From: Acidimicrobiales bacterium
GTDB lineage: Bacteria; Actinomycetota; Acidimicrobiia; Acidimicrobiales; JAUJNH01
DNA: 64,000 nt
Reading direction: 5' to 3'
NCBI GenBank assembly: GCA_038253125.1
Contig: JBBSHM010000002.1
Coordinates: 946-64,945 of the forward strand
The translations under genes and the position numbers were made by a program. Position 1 is the first letter of the stretch; every line of letters starts with the position of its first letter. The notes below the pieces were generated by a model. That model saw only the letters and a list, made by a program, of their open reading frames with translations. It was not told where the DNA came from and did not search any database. Below, one piece after another: positions 9,428 through 19,013 of this stretch.

Positions 9428-9757
9428 TCAGGTGGGCGGCAGCTTGCGGTCCTCCCGGGCCGCCGCCTTCACCGCGTAGCCGAGGATGATGGCGGGCACC
9501 AGGCAGGCGGTGGCCACGGCCAGGCCGCCGATCACCAGCGTCACCGACCATCCCGGCAGGTCGTTCAGCGCCCCGACCACAAAGGCGACGATGGCCACGA
9601 GCAGAGCGAGATAGCCGACCCGGGAGCCGCACGACGCCAGCCGCCGCATCCGCTCACGCTGAACCAGAACCCGGTCGCCGCTTGCCGCGGTTGGCGCCTC
9701 TGCGCTCCCCGTCGGGCCACAAGGCTTGCTTCCCGCCGGGTCGTTCACCCTGCTCAC
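9428..9757 (-). CDS. Small two-TM membrane protein
   Basis: Two hydrophobic helices ending 'PAIILGYAVKAAAREDR'; 4-bp overlap with the upstream glycosyltransferase. Confidence 0.7.
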   Translation of the reverse strand: MSRVNDPAGSKPCGPTGSAEAPTAASGDRVLVQRERMRRLASCGSRVGYLALLVAIVAFVVGALNDLPGWSVTLVIGGLAVATACLVPAIILGYAVKAAAREDRKLPPT

Positions 9758-10824
9758 ATGAGCCGAGCCAGGATGCTGGCCAGGCGGGCGGGGAGGTCGT
9801 TCACGTTGAAACAGTCGCGCACGATGGCCTCGTTGCGGTCCAGCTGTGCCTGGTCAGGGTGGTCGAGTGCGCTCCGCAGGCCGACTGGGTCGTCCACCTC
9901 GAGCCAGGCGAAGCCGTGCCGGCGCTCGAGGTCGGCCGCCACCGGGTAGCGCCGCACGGCGATGGGCCGGCGGGCCACCGCCGCCTCCAGGATCGGCAGG
10001 CCGAAGCCCTCCCACGACGAGGGCAGCACCACGGCGTCGGCGGCGGCGTAGGCGTCGGCCATCGACAGGCCGTGCTCGTCGGCCCCCCGCAGGACGCGGG
10101 TGGGCGCGTCGGCCAGCAGCGCCGCCACCTCGGCGTCGAAGCCCTCCTCGGCCGGCCCCGTCAGCCAGTAGACGGCGCTGGCGGCGGCGGCCAGGGTCAC
10201 GCCTTCGGCCACACCCTTGCGGCCGATCGCCCGGGTGGGCTGCAGGACGAGGCGATCACCCGCGGCCAGGGCGAGGAGGTCGCGGGTGGCCTGCCGGTGA
10301 CCGTCGGCTCCCCAGGCCGGGGCGATCCGCAGCGGCTCGACGACGGCGGCCACGCCGCGACCTGCCATCTGCCGCCGGGACAGCTCGTTGATCACGACAT
10401 GTCCCCAGGCGGGGTCGCCCGGCGGCGACCAGCCCGAGGCCAGGTACCGCGGGCGCTGCCAGGGCAGGTCGTAGTGGTGGAGGATGGCCGGGCGGTCCGA
10501 CAATGCGGCGGCGACGGCGGCGGCCGCCGCCGGGTGCAGCGGCAGCGAGCAGAGGTTCTCGACGATGACCACGTCACAGCCCTCGACAGCGGCAGCCACC
10601 TCGCCGACCGTCGGGTCGGCCACCACCGGCCACTCCAGGCCGGCGACGATCACGTCGACGGGACCGCACCCCGCCACGGTCCGGACCGACCAGCCCAGCT
10701 GGCCGAGCGCCCACTCCCACTGTCGGGCCACCACGCTCACCCCGTCGGCGCCGCCGAGGCGGAATGACACGAGCGCAGCGGCCGGCACGGACCTTGGAAC
10801 GTACCCGTCGGCCCTCCCAGACAT
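9754..10824 (-). CDS. GT4-family glycosyltransferase
   Basis: 'RLGGADGVS', 'PTRAIGRKG', 'PSSWEGFGLPILEA' GT-B motifs; start uncertain. Confidence 0.85.
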   Translation of the reverse strand: MSGRADGYVPRSVPAAALVSFRLGGADGVSVVARQWEWALGQLGWSVRTVAGCGPVDVIVAGLEWPVVADPTVGEVAAAVEGCDVVIVENLCSLPLHPAAAAAVAAALSDRPAILHHYDLPWQRPRYLASGWSPPGDPAWGHVVINELSRRQMAGRGVAAVVEPLRIAPAWGADGHRQATRDLLALAAGDRLVLQPTRAIGRKGVAEGVTLAAAASAVYWLTGPAEEGFDAEVAALLADAPTRVLRGADEHGLSMADAYAAADAVVLPSSWEGFGLPILEAAVARRPIAVRRYPVAADLERRHGFAWLEVDDPVGLRSALDHPDQAQLDRNEAIVRDCFNVNDLPARLASILARLM

Positions 10825-10989
10825 GCGGTTGATCAGGTCCGCCTTCACCAAAGGCCGCGCTGCCCCCCGAGCCAGGCGCATCGTCGAGCAGGCCCGTCTG
10901 GCCGAGAGAGGCCTTCACCGAGACAGGGCCCGCCTCGTCGAACAGGCCCGCTTCGCCGAGACAGGTCCGCCGCGCTTCACTGGTGGGTG

Positions 10990-11766
10990 ATGTCCGCGCT
11001 GCTAGCCGTCAGCCTGCCCGCCGGCCTGGCGCCAGCGCTGGGCCTGGCGTTCCTGGCCGGGGCGGTGTCGTTCCTGTCGCCGTGCGTGCTGCCGCTGGTG
11101 CCGAGCTACCTGTCGCTGATGTCGGGGGTGGGGGCGTCCGAGCTGGCCGTGGCCACCAAGGTCGACCAGCGCCGGCTGCTGCGCTCGACCCTGCTGTTCG
11201 TGGCCGGGTACTCGGCGGTGTTCACCGCCCTCGGCGCCGCCGCCTCAACCGTCGGGTCGTTCCTCTTCGATCACCAGATCGGGCTGCGCATGGTGTCCGG
11301 CGTGCTCATCGTGGTGATGGGGCTGGCGCTGGCCGGCCTGGTGCGCCCCGCCTTCTTCGACCGTGAGCGCCGCTTCCACGTGTCGCCCGCCGCCCTGGGG
11401 TCCTACGCCCCTCCGGTGATGGGGGCGGCCTTCGCCTTTGGCTGGTCGCCGTGCATCGGCCCGGTGCTCGGCGCCATCCTCGGCCTGGCCGCCCAGTCGG
11501 CCAGCCTGGGTCGGGGCGTGGTGCTCCTGCTCGCCTACTCGGCCGGGCTGGGCGTCCCCTTCGTCGTCTCGGGGATGGCCTTCGGGCGTCTCACCGGTGC
11601 CTTCTCCTGGGTTAAGCTGCACTTCGGGGTGATCAACCTCGTCAGTGGCCTGCTCCTGGTCGGCTTCGGCCTGCTCCTGCTCACCGGGTCCATCACCGAC
11701 GTGGTGCGCTCGCTCCAGGGCGCCCTGCGGGCCGTCGGCCTGGACACCTTCGCCAACAGCCTGTAA
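10990..11766 (+). CDS. ccdA: Cytochrome c biogenesis thiol:disulfide transporter CcdA
   Basis: SFLSPCVLPL and GWSPCIGP motifs; multiple TM helices. Confidence 0.92.
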   Translation: MSALLAVSLPAGLAPALGLAFLAGAVSFLSPCVLPLVPSYLSLMSGVGASELAVATKVDQRRLLRSTLLFVAGYSAVFTALGAAASTVGSFLFDHQIGLRMVSGVLIVVMGLALAGLVRPAFFDRERRFHVSPAALGSYAPPVMGAAFAFGWSPCIGPVLGAILGLAAQSASLGRGVVLLLAYSAGLGVPFVVSGMAFGRLTGAFSWVKLHFGVINLVSGLLLVGFGLLLLTGSITDVVRSLQGALRAVGLDTFANSL

Positions 11767-11787
11767 GGACGTGCCGGGCCCCCCCGG

Positions 11788-13104
11788 TCATGACGGCACG
11801 GCCTTGGCCAGGTGGGTGTAGAAGATCCAGAGGCCGGCGAGCAGGGGAACGGCGGTGAGCAGCCAGGCCGGCCAGCGGCGCCAGAGGCGGCCCAGCACCG
11901 TTCCGGCTACGGCCAGGGTGAGCACGGCCAGGCCCCACAGGGCCGAGGGAACCCGCTCGGCCGGGTCGCCGCTGGCGCCGACGACCTCGGATACAACCGG
12001 TGGCGCCGGCGTGGCCTCGGCCCCAGGCGGAGTGCGGCCGGGGTCGACGGCCGGAGCCGGCGGGGAGGCGGCGGCGGCCGGGCCCTTCAGGTCGGCTGTG
12101 ACCACGAGCCGCTGGGCGGCCGAGAACCTCGGGTTGCAGGTGGTGAGGGTGAGCTGGTCGCCGGTGGTCGGGTCGAGCACCTCGACCTGGCCCGGCTTCA
12201 CCACGAAGACCTGGCGAACCTCGTAGCGGAAGGCGCCCTGCACCGTGCTGACGAGGATCGGGTCGCCCGGCTTCATCTCGTCCAGGCGGAAGAACGGCGC
12301 CCCGTAGGTAGTGCGGTGGCCGGCGATGGCGGCGTTGCCGGGCTGGCCGGGCAGGGGGGTGCCGGCGTAGTGGCCGGGGCCCTTGCGCAGGTCGGAGAGC
12401 CCGACCCCTTCGACCACCGCCTTGTCGACGCCGATGCGGGGGATACGGATCTGGGCCACGGCCGAGCCGACGGGGGGCGGAGGTGGCGCCGGCTGGAACG
12501 CCGGCTGGCTGACCGCCAGGTCAGCGGGCGGCGGCGGGACGGTGAGCTGGCCCCGGAGGGTGTCCTGGTTGCGCGACTCAGCGACGTTGGTGCCGAGCAG
12601 CTCAAAGGCGACGAAGCCGAGGACCAGCAGGCCGAGGGCGATCAGGGTGCGGCCGGTGGCCGACAGGACAGCAGGCAGGTCGAGGCGACGGGCGGGGCCG
12701 GGGCGGCCCGCCCTCCCGGTTCGCCTGGAGCGGTGGGCCGGTGCCGACGCCGGCGCCGGTGCGACGGCCAGGTAGGGGTCATCGGCTGGCGCAGGTGAAG
12801 TCGTCGGGGCGGGCTCATCGGCTGGGCTCGGTGCGGCGGCCGAGGGGGGGGCATCGGGCAGGATCGCCGCGGCTGGCGCCGGAGGCTCATCGGGCACCGT
12901 CGGTGCCTCGGCCGGGCCCTTGTCGACGGCGTCCCGGGCGCCTGCCGGCGGCGCCATGGGTGTCGGGACGGCCGCTGCGTCGGGGGCTGGCCAGACGTCG
13001 GGGGTGTCGAGCTCCTCCGGGCTCAGCGGGGGCGGCCACGGCGGGGGGGCGTGCGGCGGATCGGGGGTCGGCCACGGCGCCGGGATGTCGACTGCCTCGT
13101 CCAT
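11788..13104 (-). CDS. Class E sortase with Pro-rich N-terminus
   Basis: GPGHY, AIAGHRTTYGAPF, LTLTTCNPRFSAAQR catalytic motifs; TM helices flank the domain; start at ATG 13104 is estimated. Confidence 0.88.
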   Translation of the reverse strand: MDEAVDIPAPWPTPDPPHAPPPWPPPLSPEELDTPDVWPAPDAAAVPTPMAPPAGARDAVDKGPAEAPTVPDEPPAPAAAILPDAPPSAAAPSPADEPAPTTSPAPADDPYLAVAPAPASAPAHRSRRTGRAGRPGPARRLDLPAVLSATGRTLIALGLLVLGFVAFELLGTNVAESRNQDTLRGQLTVPPPPADLAVSQPAFQPAPPPPPVGSAVAQIRIPRIGVDKAVVEGVGLSDLRKGPGHYAGTPLPGQPGNAAIAGHRTTYGAPFFRLDEMKPGDPILVSTVQGAFRYEVRQVFVVKPGQVEVLDPTTGDQLTLTTCNPRFSAAQRLVVTADLKGPAAAASPPAPAVDPGRTPPGAEATPAPPVVSEVVGASGDPAERVPSALWGLAVLTLAVAGTVLGRLWRRWPAWLLTAVPLLAGLWIFYTHLAKAVPS

Positions 13105-13179
13105 GGACGGCAGAGACGGCCAGGCCTGGGCTTGCCTTGGTGGAATCGCCGGCGCCGCCGGTAGCCTGGGGTCGCTGGC

Positions 13180-13884
13180 ATGAGCCTCGCCGTCCACCTT
13201 CGCTCCGCCGTCTGCCTGCTCGGACGCTTCCCTGCCCTCGCGGGCGTCGACCTCGACGTCCGAGCCGGTGAGGTGGTTCTCCTGGCCGGCCCGAACGGTG
13301 CCGGGAAGACCACCCTGCTGCGCGCCTGCGCCGGGCTGGTCCCCGTGGTTGACGGCACCGCCATCGTGCTCGGGCACGATCTCCGCGTCGATCGTCGGTC
13401 GATCCGCCGCCAGCTCGGGCTTGTTGGCCACGCCACCTCCCTCTACGACGACATGTCGGTGGTCGACAACGTCCGCTTCACCGTACGCGCCCGGGGCGGC
13501 TTTACCGGGGCGGTCGAGCCCGCCCTCGAGCGGCTTGGCCTGAGCGGCCGCCTCCGCAACGTTGCGGTGTCCCGCCTCAGCGCCGGCCAACGCCGACGCT
13601 GCACCCTGGCCGGCCTGGTGGCCGTAGACGCCGAGCTGTGGCTGCTCGACGAGCCCCACGCCGGGCTGGACGCCGAGGGCCGCGACCTGGTCGACCAGCT
13701 GGTGGGCGATGCCCGGGCCCGGGGCCGAACCGTCATCATGGCCAGCCATGACCTGGAACGGGCCTCCGCCGTCGCCTCCCGCCAGGTGACCATCGAAGCC
13801 GGCACCGCCCGCCGCCGCCCGTCCTCGCCGGACCGACCGTCCGAAACGCCAGCGCCGGCGCCGGAGGTCAGCGGTGTGGGCTGA
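13180..13884 (+). CDS. ccmA: Heme ABC exporter ATP-binding subunit
   Basis: GPNGAGKT, LSAGQRRR, LLDEP; first gene of the ccm operon. Confidence 0.88.
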   Translation: MSLAVHLRSAVCLLGRFPALAGVDLDVRAGEVVLLAGPNGAGKTTLLRACAGLVPVVDGTAIVLGHDLRVDRRSIRRQLGLVGHATSLYDDMSVVDNVRFTVRARGGFTGAVEPALERLGLSGRLRNVAVSRLSAGQRRRCTLAGLVAVDAELWLLDEPHAGLDAEGRDLVDQLVGDARARGRTVIMASHDLERASAVASRQVTIEAGTARRRPSSPDRPSETPAPAPEVSGVG

Positions 13885-14542
13885 CGCCGGGTTGGTGGCG
13901 GGCAAGGACCTGCGCATCGAGCTGCGGAGCCGGGTGGCCCTGAACCAGGTGCTGCCGTTCTCCTTCGTGGTGCTGGTGCTGTTCGCCTTTGCCCTCGACC
14001 CCGACCGCGGCGTGCTCGACCGGGCGGCGCCGGGGCTGTTCTGGGTGGCCGTGCTGCTCACGTCACTGCTGGCCACCCAACGCTCGTTCGCCATCGAGGC
14101 GGCCGACGGCAACACCGACGCCCTGCGCATGTCGGGTCTCGACCCGGCCGGGCTGTTCCTCGGCAAGGCGGCGGCCGTCGCCGCCCAGCTCCTGGCGCTC
14201 GAGGTCCTGCTGCTGATCGGCGTCGCCTTCCTCTACGGCATCGCCCTGCACTCCTTCGGGCTGCTGGCGCTGACGTGCGTGCTGGCCACCCTCGGCCTGG
14301 CCGGCGCCGGCACCGTCTACGGGGTGATGGCGTTCGGGCTGCGGGTGCGCGAGACGCTGCTGCCCCTGCTCATCCTGCCCGTGCTGGCACCGGTCCTGCT
14401 GGCCGCCACCCGCAGCTTCGAGGCCGCCCTCGGCGGCGTCCCCCGTGAGTGCATCGGCTGGCTGGGCCTGCTGGCCGCCTTCGCCGCCCTCTACGCCGTC
14501 GTCGGGCTCTTCGGCTTCGGTCCCCTCCTGGAGGAGTCGTGA
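13874..14542 (+). CDS. ccmB: Heme exporter permease
   Basis: 'KDLRIELRS', 'LLPLLILPVLAP'; polytopic membrane protein. Confidence 0.9.
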   Translation: MWADAGLVAGKDLRIELRSRVALNQVLPFSFVVLVLFAFALDPDRGVLDRAAPGLFWVAVLLTSLLATQRSFAIEAADGNTDALRMSGLDPAGLFLGKAAAVAAQLLALEVLLLIGVAFLYGIALHSFGLLALTCVLATLGLAGAGTVYGVMAFGLRVRETLLPLLILPVLAPVLLAATRSFEAALGGVPRECIGWLGLLAAFAALYAVVGLFGFGPLLEES

Positions 14543-15285
14543 GAACCGCCCGAACCCCCGTCGCCCTCCGAGGCTCGACCATGCTGGGCTGGGCCTCGCT
14601 GGTCCTGGTCGGCGCCACCGTCGGCCTGGGCCTGGCGCTGCCCCGCACGCAGGAGCAGGCCGAGTACAGCCGGCTCATCGCCGTCCACCCGCCGGCCGCC
14701 TGGGCGTCCTACGTGGCCGTCGGCGTCGCCGCCTTCGCCGCCGTCGGCCACCTCGTCACCCGCCGCCTCGCCTGGGACCGCGTCACCATCGCCAGCCTCG
14801 AGGTCGGATCGGTCTTCACGGCCATCACCCTGGCCACCGGCTCGATCTGGGGCCGTCCCACCTGGGGGGTGTGGTGGGAGTGGGATCCCCGCCTCACGAC
14901 CGAGGCCCTACTCCTTGCCATCCTCGTCGGCACCGTCGCCCTGCGCCGCTCGCTGGCCCCTGGTCGGGGCCGGGCCGTCATCACCTCGGTGGCGGCGCTG
15001 GCCACGGTCGGTCTGCTGCCAGTCATCCACTTCTCGGTGCTGTGGTGGCGGTCGCAGCACCAGGGCGGCACTCTCCTCGCCCCCGACCCCGCCTCCAACG
15101 CCGACAACCCCTACGTCGTGGCCATGCTCGTCGGCTTCGTGGCGTTCACCGTGCTGTTCGCCTGGATGGTCGTGCAGCGGGTGCGCATCGAGGCACTCGA
15201 GGAGGAGGCCGACGAGGTGGTGCTCGGTCGGGCCATCGCCGAGCGTCGGGCCGAGGGCAGGCCGACCAGCGGGGTCACCGCCTGA
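14539..15285 (+). CDS. ccmC: Heme exporter / cytochrome c maturation protein C
   Basis: WWD motif WGRPTWGVWWEWDPRLT with flanking His; GTGA overlap with ccmB. Confidence 0.92.
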   Translation: MRTARTPVALRGSTMLGWASLVLVGATVGLGLALPRTQEQAEYSRLIAVHPPAAWASYVAVGVAAFAAVGHLVTRRLAWDRVTIASLEVGSVFTAITLATGSIWGRPTWGVWWEWDPRLTTEALLLAILVGTVALRRSLAPGRGRAVITSVAALATVGLLPVIHFSVLWWRSQHQGGTLLAPDPASNADNPYVVAMLVGFVAFTVLFAWMVVQRVRIEALEEEADEVVLGRAIAERRAEGRPTSGVTA

Positions 15286-15392
15286 TGGGCTACGTCGCCG
15301 CCGGCTACCTCGTGACCCTCGCAGGCCTGGGCACCTACGCAGCCTGGCTCGTCCGCCGGGCCAAGCAGCTCAACCGCGAGCGGCTCCAGTGA
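15285..15392 (+). CDS. ccmD: CcmD-like small membrane protein (35 aa)
   Basis: MGYVAAGYLVTLAGLGTYAAWLVRRAK: TM helix plus basic tail between ccmC and ccmE, with overlapping start/stop codons. Confidence 0.75.
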   Translation: MGYVAAGYLVTLAGLGTYAAWLVRRAKQLNRERLQ

Positions 15393-15892
15393 GCGGATTG
15401 AGCACAGCTCCGACGCTGGACGACGAGGACCTGCCCCCCGTCGTCACCACCCGGCGACCCCGCCAGGCCAAACCGGCACGCATCATCGTGTCGTCGGTCC
15501 TTGCTCTCGGGGCCATCGGCTTCCTGGTGAGCAAGGGCCTGGGAAGCGCCACCGTGTACTTCAAGACCGCGGATGAGGCCGTGGCCCAGCGCCGCCAGCT
15601 CGGCACGCACCGCTTCCGCATCCAGGGCTCGGTGGAGCCGGGAACCATCCGCCAGGACCAGGGCCGGCTGCTGTTCACCATTCTCGGCGAGCAGGGCGCC
15701 GAGGTGCCGGTGGTCCACACCGGAGGCCAGCCGACCGGGCTGTTCAAGGACTCGATACCGGTCGTGCTCGAAGGGCACTGGACCGGCTCGGGGCCGGCCT
15801 ACGCCTCGGACAAGATCATCGTGAAGCACTCCGAGACCTACCGGGCCGCCAACCCCGGCCGGGTGGCCGACTACAAGCCGACGAGCTCGTGA
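15389..15892 (+). CDS. ccmE: Heme chaperone
   Basis: TM anchor; 'P.GLFKDSIPVVLEG'; KHSETY is the HxxxY heme-binding motif. Confidence 0.9.
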   Translation: MSGLSTAPTLDDEDLPPVVTTRRPRQAKPARIIVSSVLALGAIGFLVSKGLGSATVYFKTADEAVAQRRQLGTHRFRIQGSVEPGTIRQDQGRLLFTILGEQGAEVPVVHTGGQPTGLFKDSIPVVLEGHWTGSGPAYASDKIIVKHSETYRAANPGRVADYKPTSS

Positions 15893-17949
15893 ACGCCGTC
15901 CTCGGCTCGATGGGCGTGCTGCTCGGCCTGGCCGGCGCCATCGCCGGCGTGGCCGCCCTGGCCACCGGGCTCGTCACCAGGAAGGAGTCGCTGCTGCGCA
16001 GCGGGACCGTCTACGCCTTGATGGTGCTGGCCGGTGCCGTAACGGCGTTCGCGGCCATGGAGCGGGCCCTGCTCACCCACGACTTCTCCCTGAAGTACGT
16101 GGCCGACAACCACAGCCGGTCCACGCCCACCATGTACACCATCGCCTCGCTGTGGAGCCGGCTCGAAGGCTCGATCCTGCTGTGGGCGCTGATCCTGGCC
16201 GGCTACGGGGCGGCCATGGCGTGGCGCTTCCGGGCCCGCCGGGGCGACCCGGTGGTGGCGTGGGCCACGCTGGTCGTGCTGTCGGTGTCGATCTTCTTCT
16301 TCGCCCTGCTGGCGGGCCCGGCCGACCCGTTCGGCACGGTGCGGCCGGTGCCGCTCAACGGGCCGGGCCCCAACCCGCTGCTGCAGAACCACCCGCTGAT
16401 GCTGGTCCACCCGCCGATCCTGTACCTCGGCTACGTCGGCTTCACCGTGCCGTTCGCCTTTGCCATCGCCGCCCTGGCCACCGGACGCCTGGGGGAGGGC
16501 TGGCTGGTCGAGACCCGGCGCTGGACCTTGCTGGCCTGGGGGTGCCTGACCATCGGCATCGCCATGGGCGCCTGGTGGAGCTATGAGGTGCTGGGCTGGG
16601 GCGGCTTCTGGGCGTGGGACCCGGTGGAGAACGCGTCGTTCCTGCCGTGGCTCACCGCCACCGCCTACCTCCACTCGGTGATGGTGCAGGAGCGCAGGGG
16701 GATGTTGCGGGTCTGGAACCTGTCGCTGCTGTGCGCCACGTTCGCCCTCACCATCCTCGGCACGTTCCTGACCCGCTCGGGCGTACTCGAGAGCGTCCAC
16801 GCCTTCTCGAACAGCAGCATCGGCCACTGGATCCTGGCCTTCTTCGCCGTGATCGTCGTCGTGGTGATCGGCCTCATCGGCTGGCGGGGCGACCGCCTGC
16901 GCTCACCCGGCACCATCGACAGCCCGGTGAGCCGCGAGGGCGCCTTCCTGATCAACAACCTGCTGTTCGCCGCCTTTGCCTTCGTCGTGCTGCTCGGCAC
17001 CGTCTTCCCCCTCGTCACCGAGGCGCTGAAGGGCGACCGCATCACGGTGGGCCGGCCCTACTTCGACCGGATGTCGGCGCCAATCGCCGTGTCGCTGCTG
17101 TTCCTCATGGCCGTGGCGCCGGTGCTGCCGTGGCGCAAGGCGTCGGCCGAGACCCTGCGCACCCGGATGCAGTGGCCGCTCACCTTCGCCGTGGCCGTCA
17201 CCGTGGTGCTGGCCGCCTCCGGCCTGCGGGGCTGGCTGGCCCTCCTGGCCTTCTTCCTGGGTGGCCTGGGCGGCGGCTCCGCCGTGCGCCAGCTGATCCT
17301 GGCCACCCGACGCAACGGCTGGCGGGGCCTGGTCGGCCGCACCAACGGCGGGATGGTCGTGCACATCGGCGTCGTTCTGATCGCCGTGGCCTTCGCAGCC
17401 AGCGCCGCCTACGCCTCGCGGGCCGAGGTGAGCCTGACCGAGGGCCAGAGCACCACCGTCGGCGGCCACAAGGTCACCTACCTCGGCACCGACACCCGGC
17501 GCTTCGCCGCCAGCAACCCAAAGGCGGCCGTGGTCACCGCCCGCCTGCGGGTCGACGACGGGCGGGTGTACGTGCCGGCCATCACCCAGTATCGCACCCA
17601 GACCCAGGGCATCGGCACCCCGTCGGTGCGCACCGGCCTGCTCGAGGACGTGTACACCACCCTGGTCCAGGCGCCCTCCGAGCCGGGCGGCCCGGCCACC
17701 ATCGGCGTGCTCGTGCACCCGCTCACCGTCTGGCTGTGGATCGGAGCCGGCCTGATGGGGCTCGGCACGATGCTCGCCGCCTTCCGGGTCGGCCGGCCCA
17801 TCCCCCCGGTCACCCCCCGCCCACCCCCGCCGACGGGCCGCCGCCAGCCCGAGCGCCCCCGCGCTGGCGGCCCCAAGCGCCAGCTGGACCGGGTCCCGGT
17901 GGGCGCCCGCGACCGCACGCTCACCACCCCTGGCAAAGCCACCCCGTGA
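15889..17949 (+). CDS. ccmF: Heme lyase CcmF/NrfE family
   Basis: EGSILLW, HPPILYLG, WGGFWAWDPVEN, TRSG..SVHAF motifs. Confidence 0.95.
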   Translation: MNAVLGSMGVLLGLAGAIAGVAALATGLVTRKESLLRSGTVYALMVLAGAVTAFAAMERALLTHDFSLKYVADNHSRSTPTMYTIASLWSRLEGSILLWALILAGYGAAMAWRFRARRGDPVVAWATLVVLSVSIFFFALLAGPADPFGTVRPVPLNGPGPNPLLQNHPLMLVHPPILYLGYVGFTVPFAFAIAALATGRLGEGWLVETRRWTLLAWGCLTIGIAMGAWWSYEVLGWGGFWAWDPVENASFLPWLTATAYLHSVMVQERRGMLRVWNLSLLCATFALTILGTFLTRSGVLESVHAFSNSSIGHWILAFFAVIVVVVIGLIGWRGDRLRSPGTIDSPVSREGAFLINNLLFAAFAFVVLLGTVFPLVTEALKGDRITVGRPYFDRMSAPIAVSLLFLMAVAPVLPWRKASAETLRTRMQWPLTFAVAVTVVLAASGLRGWLALLAFFLGGLGGGSAVRQLILATRRNGWRGLVGRTNGGMVVHIGVVLIAVAFAASAAYASRAEVSLTEGQSTTVGGHKVTYLGTDTRRFAASNPKAAVVTARLRVDDGRVYVPAITQYRTQTQGIGTPSVRTGLLEDVYTTLVQAPSEPGGPATIGVLVHPLTVWLWIGAGLMGLGTMLAAFRVGRPIPPVTPRPPPPTGRRQPERPRAGGPKRQLDRVPVGARDRTLTTPGKATP

Positions 17950-18551
17950 GCCAGGTCACCGAGGTGAGGGGAGCGGGCGAGCCGGCTGGCGCCCCCGACG
18001 CCCCACGGGGAAAGCGGAGCGTGCTCTTCGCGGTGATCCTGGCGGCCGTGGTGCTCGGCGCCTTTGTCGTGCTGCTCGTCGGGGCCAAGGAGCCGGACAG
18101 CCGCAGCACCGTCGTCGGCAAGCCGGCTCCGTCGATCGACCGGGCCTTCGGCACGCTGAAGGGCGGCGACCGGGTGAGCCTGGCCGACTTCCGGGGCCGC
18201 TACGTGGTCCTCAACTTCTTCGCCTCCTGGTGCACTCCGTGCGTCACCGAGCACCCCGAGCTGGTCCGCTTCCAGAAGCAGCACGCCGCCCTGGGCGACG
18301 CCACCGTGGTGCAGGTGCTGTACAGCGACAAGCCGGCGGCGGCCCGGCAGTTCTTCGCCGAGCGGGGCGACGGCGGCTGGCCGGTCCTGATCGACGACGA
18401 GGGTCGCTTCGCCCTGGACTACGGCGTGACCGGACCGCCCACCTCGTTCCTGATCGACCCGCAGGGCTTCGTGCTGGCCAGTGTGAAGAGCGCCATCGAC
18501 CAGGCCGGGCTCGAGGACCTCCTCAACCGGGCGAAGCAGGGTCGGCCCTAG
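17946..18551 (+). CDS. ccmG: Membrane-anchored thioredoxin (CcmG/TlpA family)
   Basis: NFFASWCTPC and YGVTGPP; N-terminal TM; GTGA overlap with ccmF. Confidence 0.85.
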   Translation: MSQVTEVRGAGEPAGAPDAPRGKRSVLFAVILAAVVLGAFVVLLVGAKEPDSRSTVVGKPAPSIDRAFGTLKGGDRVSLADFRGRYVVLNFFASWCTPCVTEHPELVRFQKQHAALGDATVVQVLYSDKPAAARQFFAERGDGGWPVLIDDEGRFALDYGVTGPPTSFLIDPQGFVLASVKSAIDQAGLEDLLNRAKQGRP

Positions 18552-19013
18552 GTGCGGCGCTGGCTGCCCCTGGCCCTTCTCGGCGCCCTGTTGGTCTTCG
18601 CCCTGGCCCTCGCCGCCCGGCCCCAGGTGGACCACAGCGAGGCGGCCCGGGTCACCCGCATCGCCAGCGAGGTGCGCTGCCCCACCTGCCGGGGACAGTC
18701 GGCGGCCGAGTCCGACGCCGAGGCGGCCACCGCCGTCAAGACCTTCATCCGTGAGCGGCTCGGCCAGGGGGCCAGCGACGCCCAGGTCAAGGCCGAGCTG
18801 GCTGACCGCTTCGGCACCAGCATCCTGCTGCGGCCACCGGCGTCGGGGGTGAGCGGGCTGGTCTGGGCGCTTCCGGTAGCCGCCTTCATCCTGGCCGCCG
18901 GCGGGCTGGCCTACGCCTTTTGGCGGTGGCGGTCGCGGGGGCTCCGCCAGGCCAGCGACGAGGACGTCGTGCTGGTGGCGCGAGCGAGGCGGACGTGGGA
19001 ACGCACGGGCTGA
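18552..19013 (+). CDS. ccmH: Cytochrome c biogenesis protein CcmH
   Basis: VRCPTCRGQS..ES motif; 'LLRPP' followed by a TM helix. Confidence 0.9.
   Translation: MRRWLPLALLGALLVFALALAARPQVDHSEAARVTRIASEVRCPTCRGQSAAESDAEAATAVKTFIRERLGQGASDAQVKAELADRFGTSILLRPPASGVSGLVWALPVAAFILAAGGLAYAFWRWRSRGLRQASDEDVVLVARARRTWERTG

Noticed and set aside
13105..14166. Apparent 792-aa sortase
   Set aside because: The extension is the antisense of ccmA/ccmB.
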